DNA of 64,000 nucleotides from assembly GCF_009914755.1 (NCBI RefSeq), contig NC_060926.1; one strand, written 5' to 3'. The position numbers were made by a program, and so were the translations under genes. Source of the DNA: the human T2T-CHM13v2.0 reference genome, Homo sapiens. Below the pieces are notes generated by a model. That model was not told where the DNA came from. It saw only the letters and a list, made by a program, of their open reading frames with translations, and did not search any database. Below, in pieces: positions 1-13,270 of the stretch (positions are counted from its first letter, which is position 1; each line of letters starts with the position of its first letter).

Positions 1-1054
1 TCTGGAGCCTAGAAGAAAAGACTCACCAAGGAAGAGTCAGGAATCCATGTTGATTGGTGCAGCATGACTCGTCCTGGGCTTAGGCTCCAAAGGCAGTGCC
101 TAGGGTCAATGTTAAGCAGAGTCAAAGTGATCCCTGGAAGTCTCTTCAAGAGGGGCCATATTTGAAACAGAGAACCTGTTCCACCATAAGTTCAGTAGGG
201 CCTATGATTCCTGCAGAGATAGAGGGGCCACCTGAGCACCAAAAGAAGTAGTAGTCTTGTGTTTGGGGCCTGTTGTAAGAATAACACTAGAAGTCCATTT
301 CCCATTACCTGTTCACTGGGTAGGATGGTGGCCAGAACCACTTGCATCATCTAAATTGTGTTTCTCTCTCTGAGTATCTCTCTGTCTGTCTCTGTCTCTT
401 TATCTCTCTGCCTCTCTTTCACACACACAAACATACACACACACATATACACTAATTAACCTGTTAAACATGCAGTCAATACTGCATAGAGTTGGGCACC
501 ATGGGTCTATCTGTGCAGTCACCCTTGCTTCAGGTGCTGGGTGTGAAATACCCACAGAAAGAGAAGGAATTAAGAAGTGCACAATGCTAAGAGCAGTGCC
601 CTGGGATGCTCCAAGAGCTGACTGGAGGAATTCGGTCAAAGGAGAAGAAGCCAACAAAGAATCAAAGAATGAGAAAGGGGAAGTATTAAGAGTCATGTAA
701 GTTGAAGAATGACAAGGAAAGGGAGAACATCAATAAAGGAAAAACTTCAACAATGCCCAATTCTCTAAGTGGAGAGAGGCCTGAGGAAAGGCCTCTGATG
801 AATTTGAGACTGGAATGTTATCAAATATGTTAAAATATGAAGCCTTCATCAATGATAAAAATGGGAGCCCAGTTATAAAGGTAAGGATTTGGGGATAAGA
901 AAATGAAGTCATTGAGGTTCACACTGTCAAAAGTGTTGTCATGGAGAGGAGGAGGAAAAATGAGGGACAGTCTTAGGCAGAAACAGAGATAAGGAAATAC
1001 TTTTAAGGGCACAGACTTGTTTATAGAGTAAGAAAAGTTATTCAGTAATTCTAA

Positions 1055-1245
1055 TTATAGTTAACATTTACTGAGCATTTATTGTGTGCACTATGTAGTT
1101 AAGATTAGTTAACCTTTAAGATAAATACTATTATCATTCAAAAGAAACTGAGGCTTAGAGAGATCAAGTAAATATCCCCAAATCCCACTGCTGTTAAGCG
1201 GCAGAGATATTATTGGAAAATAATCAATCTGACTACAGGGCCCCA
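1055..1245 (-). mobile_element. MIR SINE fragment
   Basis: Reverse MIR motifs catttactgagcattt... and gaaactgaggcttagagagatcaagtaa; boundaries approximate. Confidence 0.7.
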
Positions 1246-2242
1246 CTCTCCTGTGTAGAGGAAGATTCCAGATGTCACATGTCAGAGAAGAGAGAGAGCA
1301 TTGGTCTTGGTTCAGAGCCTTCCTATAGCCTGCCCCCCTTTTATTCCCCAGGAGTTCACACATTGCACCTACATAAAATATTATGTAGATGAACTCTGCA
1401 TAGTGAATGACTCATAAATCAACATCCCCATACCCTTCTGCCCAGCCACCACTGGATTTCAGAGACTCTTCTAGGATATCCAAGCTATTATACCCTGACT
1501 TCTTCCAATTACACTAAATACTAGAAACTGCATGTGCAAGACAACTCCCAGGCATCTGAACACATAGCAGGTAGAAGGCCAAGAAGCAGAATGAGGAGGA
1601 GGAGAAAGCATCTCCCCTCAAGTATGCCTGAGATGAGCTAAGGGTCTGGAGGGCACAGGGGAGGCAGTTAGAGATGACTACCAAAGAACTTCCCTGTCTA
1701 CAGCAGGGTGGAAAATTGCCTGTCAGAATAGGAAAATCATTTGATAAAGAGCCTGTGCCAAATCATGTGGAAGAAGTCAGAGCCCTATAGGTTTGTGATT
1801 GCATTCCAAACAACACATTTTTATTGGGCAGTGCTATACATCTAGCGTGGTGCTAGGCAATTGGACCACATAGTTCTGTTGGAGAGATAATGCTAATATG
1901 TGATCAATAGAAGACAACAGCATGGAACAGGGGTTGCATTCCAGAGGAGAGGGATTCTTTAAGGATTGAAATGGTCATGGTTATGTTCAAGGTGAGAATG
2001 TGGGCTCTGAAACAAGAGTAGGGTTGTTCTAGGGGAAAGCCAAGGGGGCAGAGCTTTCCAAGGGAGAGGGTAGAGGAACATCCTAGTGGGGTTGGTAAAA
2101 GGACAGATTCCTTGGGGTGGCGTGGGGTATAACTGAGTTCTGGGGAGAAGTAGCTGATGAGATGGAATTAAGAAGGAGATGAAGCTAGGGGATTAGTCCT
2201 AAAAACAGATATAATTCTAAAGGTTGTGGTAGAGGAAGGGTG

Positions 2243-2343
2243 TGGGAGTGACTTGTACCATGAGCAGTGAATAAAGAAGACCACTCAGAGCAATTACATA
2301 GGAACAAGCACAGAACATGTGAGAGAAGGTAGAACAATATTAT
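2243..2343 (+). repeat. Copy 1 of a 101-bp local direct duplication (copy 2 at 4043-4143)
   Basis: tgggagtgacttgtaccatgagcagtga...agaacaatattat occurs at both positions with 3 mismatches by eye. Confidence 0.97.
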
Positions 2344-3721
2344 CTACTATCTAATTTCCAGTCTAACCAATTCTATAACATGTTGGCCTAACAGCTCATA
2401 GTTTACAAAATGCTTTCATAGTCACTTTATCATTTAATTTTTTGCACAAATCCTTTGAACTCCATTTTTTTGAGAAAAAGAAAAAATCAAAAAGGATGTA
2501 TGACTTTCCCAAGATCCTTGATCCAGGTGAATGGCTAACCTGTCTGCCAAGCCCAAGTTTTCTCCCAAATGTACTATGGTAGCCATCTTGACCTTTGGAA
2601 AGTAAGATCACAATGCCCTCTCACACCTGTGAAGTATCAGCTGTTTATAGTTTTTCCTTCACCTCTCCCACATTCAAAAGCACAATGCAGCATATAGAGG
2701 AGAGGTAATTCTCCAATTCATATAGGCAAAAATAAGGTCCTCTTACTTCACATTTGGATTGCATAGGTGAAAGTGATTTGAAGAGAACCTGAAATTACTC
2801 AGATAGCTGCTGAGTCTCCATATGGTTTTCTTTGTAGACATAAACTTTCACCACTAGGAAATGAATTGGCAGACAGTTTCAAGGTTTCCCAGGACCTAGT
2901 AACTGTTCCCTCCTCTGGGTGACTCAGCCATGAGATAGGGTCTAGCCGGAGCATCTAATTACACAGGCCAGGTCAGGCTCTGGAATCAAAGCTCCGCTCA
3001 CTGCCAAGCAGGCTACTGCACTCAGAGGTGTCAGAGAAGACAGCTGCAGGCAAGGGGCTGGAGACCCATGTTGGAACCTCCTTCAGCAGTCCTTGATTGA
3101 AGGCAAGTCTGCTCCACAGATGGGTAACGTAATAGAAGTTTTTAATGGAGGTTTTATTATGGGCTGGGAGGATGATCCTTGGTTATCCAATTGGCAATCT
3201 TTTCTGAGAAACAACCAGCTTTCTTTCATGTGGCAACTCCAACATGCTTAGATCATGCCGAAGGTGGGGGAGAGCTGACTTACTTGCAACTCAGCACAGC
3301 CTTTGTTGGAGATGTCCAGGCAGCTCAAAGCTGGAGCCGCTGAGGCAAGCCTGCAGAAGGGCTAGGCTGGTGATGAGGAGCAAGGCGTGGTTGAGTCCTC
3401 AGGCCAGCCTAGGGAGAAGCTCATACTTCTCCTCATCATCCAGATGGGACAATCAGCACTGCTGGCGGGTCCCAGAGGACCACTGCACCTGCCATGATGC
3501 TTGAAATGCAGCTGCAGATCCCAGATCCCAGGATCCCTCAGTTGCATATTTTATTTTCTTAAAAGAAAAACTCCATTAGGATAGTCAGTGGCTGCCAATC
3601 CCCTGGAAAATCTGTTAAAACTACAGATTCTTCGTTCATACTACAAAGATTTTGACTTTGATAATCAGCCAGGTTTAGAAATGAATTCATTGGGATATCT
3701 GCAGGAAGATGAAACAATACT

Positions 3722-3808
3722 TTTTGTTGTGATAAAATATTGATAATATGAAATTTGCCACTTTAATTTTTTAAGTATATCATTTATGTCATTAAGTATA
3801 TTCACATT
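3722..3808 (-). mobile_element. Short L1M (L1MB-like) 3' end fragment
   Basis: ttgttgtgataaaatat...aaatttgccacttta...cattaagtatattcacatt resembles the reverse L1MB 3' terminus. Confidence 0.5.
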
Positions 3809-3889
3809 AAAACACTATTGTTTAGAAAAAGCAATCAGAAGTCTAACATTGGGTGAAACAGTTCTTAGGGGAGAAAAAAATCTTTTTGG

Positions 3890-5285
3890 TGGATTAAAGA
3901 CCTAACTATAAAACTACTAGAAGAAAACATAGGGGGAATACTTCAGGACATTGGTCTGGGAAAGATTTTATGAATAAGGAAGTCAGGGGTGGAGGCCAAG
4001 TTGGGCCGATTTTCCTGCTGCTGCTAAAAGGAAACCGATCAATGGGAGTGACTTGTACCATGAGCAGTGAATAAGGAAGACCACTCAGAGCAATTACATA
4101 GGAACAAGCACAGAACATGCAAGAGAAGGTAGAACAATATTATGCTCAAATGCATAAGCAACAAAAGCAAAAATAAACAAGTAGGATTATATCAAACTAA
4201 AAAGCTTCTGCATAGCCAAGAAAACAATCAACAGAGTGAAAAAACAATCTACAGGATGAGACAAAATATTTGCAAGCTATTCATCCAACAGGGGATTAAT
4301 ATCCGGACTGTACAAGGAACTTAAACATCTCAACAGCAAATAAAAAATCTAATTAAATATATATGGCTGATAAATATATTTTAAAATGCTCAACATCACT
4401 ACTCATCAGGAAAATGCAAATCAAACCACAATGAAGTACCATCTCATTGCAGTTAGGATGGCTATTATCCAAAAGATAAAAAATAATGTAGGTTTGGTGA
4501 GAATGTGGAGAAAAGGGAACTCTTACACACTTTTGGTGGGAATGTAAACTAGTACAGCCACCATGAAGAACAGTATGAAGGCTCCTCAAAAAAACTAAAA
4601 ATAGGAGTAGTATATGATCCCACTACTGGGTATTTATCCAAAGGAAAGGAAATCAATGTACAAAGAGATGTCCACACCTGCATGCTTACTGCAACACTAC
4701 TCACAATAGCCAAGATATGGAATCAAAGTAAGTGTCCAATAGCAGATGAATAAAGAAAATGTGGTATATATTCACAATGGAGTACTATTCAGCCATAAAA
4801 AAAGGATAAAATCTTGTCATTCACAACAACATGGATAAAACTGGAGGATACTGAGTGAAGAAAAATAAGCCAGGAAAAGAAACTACATGGTGTCACTCAT
4901 ATGTGGAAGCTAAAACAAAGTTCTCATGTAAGTAAAAAGTAAAACAGAAGATACTATAGGCTAGGAAGGGGAGGGGGAAGGGAGGGACACAGAGAGATTT
5001 GCTAAAGGACAGAAAATTACAGCTAGATAGGAGGAATAATTTCTAGTGTTCTATGGCACTGTAGGATGATTATAGTTAACAATAATATATTATATAGTTT
5101 TAAATAGCTAGAAGGAGGATATTGAATGTTCCCAAAACATAGAAATGATAAATGTTTGAGATGATAGATATGTTAATTACCATGATGTGATCACTGTATA
5201 TGTATTGCAATATCACTATATATCCCATCAATATGTAAAATTATTGTCTATTCATTTTCTTAATTAAAAAATTATAAAACATTAA
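3890..5285 (+). mobile_element. 5'-truncated L1MA-type LINE (ORF2 C-terminal part and 3' UTR), interrupted at ~3979-4143
   Basis: aaaactactagaagaaaacataggg, caaactaaaaagcttctgca, gaatgtaaactagtacagcc, tactattcagccataaaa, and the L1MA 3' UTR aaattacagctagataggaggaataa...aaatgataaatgtttgag with an A-rich tail; frames are broken. Confidence 0.9.
4043..4143 (+). repeat. Copy 2 of the 101-bp duplication, inside the L1MA
   Basis: Matches 2243-2343 at 98 of 101 positions. Confidence 0.97.
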
Positions 5286-5339
5286 AAAACTTGTTGACAT
5301 TAAAATATATAGTATGTATACTAAAAATGTACATAAGCA

Positions 5340-6765
5340 CTGTATTATACTCTAGGTGGTAAACTTGTTTCTCATGGCAGTATGGGTTAAGAATTTTGAA
5401 ATTGTGTACACTGAGATTGAACAAGTAAGTAAATGGTTGGAGGGTGGTGGAGCCAGGTTTCTCCCCATTACAGATAAGGAATGGGATAAAGCTAAAATGA
5501 ACCATATGGTACTTGGATTAGAGTCAGAGATTATCAATGGGAAGTTAAGTTTTGCTTAATATAGACATTGATGGCTATATATGAAAATAATCATAGATAT
5601 GTTTATATATATGAGCTAGTATATACATGTATATTTCCTTGCTCGCAGCACTGAAAAGGCCTAGAAGACACTCTAGGAGCAAAAAGCACACCCAGCACCC
5701 AGACCTTGATTTCTAATACCATTATCCAACAAAAGAAACCAGGGCCCCTTGGAGAAATAGCTGATTCCGGGGATGGGGCAGGGCAAATACAAGATAAGCT
5801 TGGAGCATGTAATACAAGAAAATAAGGAAGTTCCCAAAACACAAAACAGTAGAGATAATGTCCAAACAAAAACAAACAACAACAACAAAAAACAAGGGAG
5901 CCAACAGAACTCCCAATAGCCCAAAGTGGAACAATGTAAGCAACAAAATAAATAGCATAGTATTGGATTATATAGCCCAAAGTATAAAATAAATATCGAT
6001 GAATTTATACCGATTCAAATGAATTACTGAATAAATAAATAAATGGAAGAGAGTAGATAAATCTCCCACGCGGAAGAATGCCAAATAATTTATGTATTAA
6101 TAGATACTCCCCCCTCAAATAGTGGCACATAACTCCCCACTCCTTAAGTGTGGCTGTGCTAAGTGACTTGTTTTACAAAGATTACAACATGGAAAAGGGG
6201 AAATTTTAAAACTAACTTTTCAGTGGAAAAGCCTGGAAAACACTACCTGAGCCAGATGAGGTGAGCAAGGTCAACATTATCTGTGATAAGTCAAGTTGGT
6301 AGCACACGTTCTTTACACGTTTTGAGAATGGCACTTCTCTGTAGTCCTCTCAAAAACCCATAACTCTAGTCTAACCATGACAAAAACAAAAGCCAAACTC
6401 CTAGCCACTATTCCTTAGTATTGTCAAGGTCATCGAAACCAAGCAGGGACAAAGGCTGAGAAACTGGCACATCCAAGGGGAGCCTAAGGAGACATAATGA
6501 CTGAGTGTAATATGGCACAGATGGGATTAGAACAGAAAAAAGACACTAGGGAAAAAACTGATAAAATCTCAATTAAGTGTGGAGTTTAATTAATAAAAAT
6601 GTATCAATATTGATTCATTAGTGGGGACAGATTGACAGATGTACCATAGTACTATGTATGCTGTCAACAATAGAGGAAACTGGGAGATACACAGGAACTA
6701 TCTGTACTATCGGCTACTTCTTCTGTACATCTAAAACAATATTAAAATCAGTTTATTTTAAAATG
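5340..6765 (+). mobile_element. L1MC-type LINE 3' region
   Basis: aactccccactccttaagtgtgg, acataatgactgagtgtaatatgg, aatgtatcaatattgattcatt, ggaactatctgtactat...tctaaaacaatattaaaat are characteristic L1MC 3' UTR motifs. Confidence 0.85.
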
Positions 6766-7424
6766 CATATAATGCATTAATTAATTGATTTTATTTCTTT
6801 AGCCATCAAATATGAGCCAGAGACCATTCCAGGTTTCATAAAGCACACTCCAGTAGGAAAAACAAGGTATCTCCAAATAGTAGCATAAAAGGCAAAGGAG
6901 GATGAATACATAGCAGAGATACAAAGCAGATGCTCTGCTGGTTCAAGACAATGATTACATTCTGCTGAGAAAGAACTAGTGTCAAGTTTATTTCTTCTGT
7001 GTGCCCCAGTACCTCAACCATGCCCAAACCTCTAAGGGCAAAGAATCCCTTCATTACCTCTGTCCCCGGGCCTATGTTCGAATAAATTTGATGGCATCTA
7101 TAGGGCATATGGTGGTATCAGTAATCCCCCATCCCAGATTACCGATACACACAGGTGCTTCTCTGCAGGCCTATGGGACAGTGAGGGCATCTACAGGGTC
7201 CCTGCTTCTTACACTTGTCACAGCCAAATATAGGTACCTGGGGTCATCTTTCTGAGCCTGGGCCTGGGTCCTGATTAGTTCAGCAGAACAGGGTCCAGGA
7301 CCCTGGACACCCCATTTAAAGACCTGAGTCCCTGGATGAGCCACTTAGTTTCATTCCACTCTCCAATTTATTTAAGTAAATACTGAACCTCTGCACAATT
7401 GCCAGTTCTGCACTAGGCTCTCTA

Positions 7425-7680
7425 GCATAGCAGCTTGAGCTCAAGCTCTCTACTCAAAGTTCCTGAGTTCAAATCTGGCCCTACCACCTACCAGGTACAC
7501 AATCTAGAGTAGGTAACAACCCATGTAAGCCTCAGGCTCCTCACCTAAATGGTGGAATTAAACATTGAACATACCTTACAGAGTTGTGGAGGGGATTAAG
7601 TAAAATAACACATATGAAGTGTTTAGCAAGGGACCCAGCATATACTATGTACTCAGTAAAAATTAGCTGTTATCATTATC
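7425..7680 (+). mobile_element. MIR SINE, near full length
   Basis: cctgagttcaaatctggccctaccacctacc, cctcaggctcctcacct, gagttgtggaggggattaagt, 3' ctcagtaaaaattagctgttatc. Confidence 0.8.
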
Positions 7681-8789
7681 AGACGGTGGGGATACAGAAA
7701 GCAACAAAGCAGACATACTTGCTTGCCTCACTGGAAAATAAAATCTAGTGAATTCCATCTGTTAACCACAAATCATTCTCCTAGCCCCATAGACAATGGG
7801 AGATTGGAAGAGAAAATCCAATCTGACTACGGAATAACATTGTTGATGAACAATTTTGATGATATGTCGAGTGTATCATTATATAGTATGTTCTTTGGCC
7901 ATCTTCTCCCACCAAAAGCAAACTTAAGATGTGAAATGACAAAGGACTTGATGTAACATATTTTCATTATAATGCTTAAGTAAAACATGCAGTCAGTTAC
8001 ATTTAACAAGATAACAATTTCTTCACTAGCTTGACAATTTAGAGGTATTCAGGATAGAATACTGAAAATTAGTCCTGTTATAAAAAATTTCAACATGCAT
8101 TTCTACTTTATACAGGTGTTATTTTTAAAAAATACTATTTTTTATAGGTAGTTAAAAGGCCTTTTCAGTTTGGCTCCCAAATGAAAGATTGTCCTTTGAT
8201 TTCCAGTTCTAGCTAGTAAACCCACAGTCTCCTGATACTCCACCCCAACCCACCCAACACTGGCCCTGGTGAGATTAGGGAGCAGGGGACTTTGCTAATG
8301 GAGTAGCCTTCATGGAGTAGCCTAGGCTCCTAGAGTTGGATTCTCCCCACTGCTAGAGGCTGGGCTTCCATGAGCCCAGCTCCACTGTGTATCCTGAGAA
8401 TGCTCCCCACTTCTGGCTGGCAACAATTTATCACCTGGTTAGGAAGTAGCTTCTTGTTAATTAGACTAGGTTCTTAGAGAAAAAACTGCAAATGTCTTTA
8501 GTCCTATAACATCTAACTTACATTTTTATAAGGCGGACTCTTCAAAGATACAGTCTATCCCTTCTGTCTCTCTATATAGCACTTTGGAATGTAATAAAGG
8601 AGGAAATTGTGTCTGTCTTTTCCTCTGGTATATTACAGTCACTAAGAACAGTGTCTTGTGCCTAGTAGATGCTTAACAAATATAAATAAAGTGGTTATTT
8701 ATTTAGAAGATGCAACTCAATTGTATTATTTGGTTGTTGATTTTTATTCCACTAATAATTCTGGGTATTACCATATACCCAGTACCAAG

Positions 8790-9030
8790 TACCTTCTGGG
8801 TACTTACCATGTACCCAGAATTATTTCATGTGCTTTACAAATATTAACTCTTTAAATCCTTATAATAATTCTGTGAGGTACTATTGTTATTTCCATTTTA
8901 CAGATGAGGAAACAAACACAGAAAAATTTAATAACTTGCTAAAGATCACTTAGTAAGAGGTAGAGCTGGGATTTGAACCCAGGTGATCTAGGTTCAAGTT
9001 TGTGCTCCTAACCCTAGGCTGTGCTAACTC
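8790..9030 (-). mobile_element. MIR SINE
   Basis: Core ccattttacagatgaggaaac and gagctgggatttgaacccagg. Confidence 0.85.
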
Positions 9031-9039
9031 TGTCTTACC

Positions 9040-9500
9040 TACCTTCCTCCTGGCCCCAGGTGTGGGTAATGGCTTGGACACTGTCAATCAAAGGACATCT
9101 CTCTGGCCAAAGTGATGGTTCCAGTTGTGGATATGTGACTTAAGTAAGTCAAATGAAATCTACTCTTCCAGCTTCAAATGACAATCTACTTGTCATTTGA
9201 AGCTGGAAGAGTTCTTTACCTTTGGAGGAATGGAATAAGAGGGATGTGAATCCTGGAAGAATTGAAGGAGGAGAAACCTTTCTCTTGCAAGAGAGAATAA
9301 AGGTCAATCAATGCAAGAAGAGAAGTGGCATTAAGAAATGCATAAAATGAAAGGAGAGATGACAACTTTGCTTCAATCCCCGGATCTAGATGTGGCTGAA
9401 ACCCCTCCCAACCATAGACTTTGATACCCTCCAGATATGCCCTCATTTTTAAAAACTTTAAACTAGTAGAGTTAGGTTTATGTTTCTTTCTAATAAAACT
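9040..9500 (+). mobile_element. Degenerate old MLT1-type MaLR LTR fragment
   Basis: ctctggccaaagtgatggttccagttgtggatatgtgact and 3' tttaaactagtagagttaggtttatgtttc resemble old MLT1 LTRs. Confidence 0.45.
9162..9212. repeat. Perfect inverted repeat, 23-bp arms with a 5-nt loop
   Basis: actcttccagcttcaaatgacaa-tctac-ttgtcatttgaagctggaagagt; the arms are exact reverse complements. Confidence 0.97.
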
Positions 9501-9595
9501 ACCATTCCTTTGTTGAGGGGGGATGAATTAATTAATAAGAAATAAATTAATGATGGCCATGATTAATGCAACTCATTCACTCCTTAAGTAAATTC

Positions 9596-9988
9596 TATAT
9601 TAGTCTGTTCTCACAATGCTGAGACTGGGTAATTTATAAAGGAAATTACTGAGACTGGGTAATTTATAAAGGAAAGAGGTTTAATTGACTCACAGTTCAG
9701 CATGGCTGGGGAAGCTTCAGTAAACTTACAATCATGGTGGAATGTGAAGAGGAAGCAAGTCACCTTCCTTACAAGGTGGCAGAAAGGAGAAGTGCTGAGC
9801 AAAGGGGGAAAAACCCCTTATAAACCCTCAGATCTCATGAGATCTCACTCACTATCATGAGAACAACATGAGGGTAACTGCCCCCATAATTTAATTACCT
9901 CCCACCGGGTTCCTCCCACAACATGTGGGGATTATGGGGACTACAATTCAAGATGAGATTTGGTTGGGGACACAGCCAAACCATGTCA
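9596..9988 (-). mobile_element. THE1 (THE1C/D-like) MaLR solo LTR
   Basis: tattagtctgttctcac...gagactgggtaatttataaaggaaagaggtttaattgactcacagttc...caattcaagatgagatttgg.tggggacacagccaaaccat.tca; flanks aattc/aatac form a 4-of-5 TSD. Confidence 0.93.
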
Positions 9989-9994
9989 AATACT

Positions 9995-10360
9995 AATTGT
10001 GACATGTGCTATGATAAACATGGGAAATATGGCAGTGAGCACAAGACATCCTGTCCTTTGGGGAAGATAGGAGTTTAAAACAATGAATTACAATAGGCAA
10101 GCAGAGTCTATCAGGAACTAAAACAATTTTAGAATGGCTGAAACACAGATTGTGAAGTTTGGAGGGGCCTAAGATGAGGCAAGGAAGATAGATAGGGGCC
10201 ATGTCATGCAGAGCATGGAAGGTCATGTTAGACATTTAAATTGCACCCTAAGGTCATGGCAGGGGTGAGGTCTGGGCATTGAAAGGTTTTAAGTGGGAGC
10301 GACATGCTCAGATTTGTGTTTTCAACAATTCTAGCTGCAGTGGGGAGAATGTAAGGCCTT
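9995..10360 (-). mobile_element. L2 LINE fragment
   Basis: ggggccatgtcatgcagagc...ggtcatgttagacattta...gcattgaaaggttttaagtggg...atgctcagatttgtgtttt typical of antisense L2. Confidence 0.65.
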
Positions 10361-11394
10361 AGTAGTCCAGTAGAAAATAATACCACCCTGACCTAAGGTG
10401 ATAGAGGGAGGTCTAGCAATATCCAGGAGGTTGAAGTTTAGGTCATAAAACCTTAGGGTACCAACAATGGATGAGAAATTAGGGATTATCTTGAGGCCAG
10501 TTCCCTTATTCAACAGATAAGTACACTGAAACTCCAGGGAGGATGTGTCCTTTCAAAGTCACCAGCTAGCTGATGACAGAATGCCAAATGGAACCTGGGT
10601 CTTCTAACCCCTGCCCCCAAACAGTTTCCATTCCACCAATCCATATTCTTGCCTCTTTTTCTGCATCATACAACTCTTAGTCGAAAGGAATTGATCCAAC
10701 CTGGTTCCCTTCTGTTGTGGGTTCAGCTCATAAACAAACATTTATAATGCATAAAATAGCCATGTCATATCTTGGGACATAATTACCTATGACCTAGTCA
10801 TGTGGTACAAAGCAGACCAGAGGACCAAAAACTGGAAACTAGACTCTTCCATGGATAAGGAAAGGGCCAGCCAGAACTGTGTGTGAATTAAGTCCAATTT
10901 GGCAGGAAGAATTTGGTCTGCAATGGACACAGCACCAGAAAAGAGGTGATAGTTCAGGGAGGCATGAAGAATGAAGGCTGAGCACCAATCAGCAGGCTAG
11001 GCAATGGAGACCAGGAATTCAGGAGCAGGCAAGATTGAGGCAGGCAGGCTAGTAGGCAGGCTTGCTGGAACCAGTATGCTCTCAGCATCCCTCAAGGCTG
11101 GGGATAGAATCAGGACTCTAGACTGTTAAAGAACAGCACAAGCACAACCCTAGAGATACTTGGACACACAAAAAATAGCTAAACTGTGACCAGACACTAG
11201 AAACCTGCCTATCAAGAATGGAGTTCAGCATGAGTACTGGCTTACACCGAAGACAAAATCTGTTATCAGAACTAGGGCACAAAATCCAAGTGAGGTAGAC
11301 AGAACAAGGGACAGTCTTCTGAATTCCAGGCTTGTAGGCTAGATTGAAATCTTCTGTTTCAGCTGGGGATTGGTTCTAAAGCCTGGGATAGGCT

Positions 11395-11757
11395 TGCAAT
11401 AGACTAAATGCTTATCTTCCCCCCAAATTCATAGGTTAAAATCCTAACCCCCAAGGTGATTGTATTAGGAGGTGGGGGCTTTGGTGGTGATTAGATCATA
11501 ACAGCAGAGCCCTCATGAATGGAATCGTGCCCTTATAAAAGAGGCACCATAGAGCTAGCTAGTCCCTTCCACCTGTGAGGACACAGCAAGTAGACGTCGT
11601 CTGTGAACTCAAAAGCAGGTCCTCACCGGACACTGAATCTTCTGGTGCCTTGATCTTGGACTTTCCAGCCTCCAGAACTGTGAGGAATAAAATTCTATTG
11701 TTTATAAGCCACCCAGTTTATGGTATTTTATTGGAGGGGCCTGAATGAACTAAGACA
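11395..11757 (+). mobile_element. MLT1A/A0-like MaLR solo LTR
   Basis: ccccccaaattcataggttaaaatcctaacccccaagg, gccttgatcttggactttccagcctccagaactgtgag, tgtttataagccacccagt, terminal ctaagaca. Confidence 0.9.
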
Positions 11758-12114
11758 GGCTAATCCTGTGGGTGGAGTTAGGGATCCCAGACAGGGGAAG
11801 AGAAAGGAGCAAAAACTAAAGCCCAGGCCAAACCTAAAATCCCCTTCCTGAAAGAATTAATGGTTTTCTAACCTGTAGACACTGCTCTGAAAACCTTACC
11901 AAACAACACACATGACACAGCCACTGTTGCAAGGAAACAATTCATTTTTGTCTACTGCTGAGTTACAAGCACATCATGGTTCCCCAATAAATGTGTTGAG
12001 TGAATGTCCATTTGTTTAAAGTTGGTAGGTAGACATTTTATTTTCTAAGATGGTTATTTATATAATTTTGTTCACATGAAAAAAAAATTTAAAAATCAAC
12101 TAAAATACAGAGAA

Positions 12115-13270
<1,156 letters not shown>

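Noticed and set aside
2243-4143. Exactly 1800-bp offset between the duplicated segments
   Set aside because: The round number looks coincidental; independent CpG-type divergence between the copies argues for a natural duplication.
7740-8100. AT-rich segment resembling a hAT-Tip100 (Zaphod-like) relic
   Set aside because: Similarity too weak to call by eye.
8298-8323. Short tandem duplication atggagtagcct x2 (also (gccta)n at ~47913-47932)
   Set aside because: Ordinary slippage-scale repeats.
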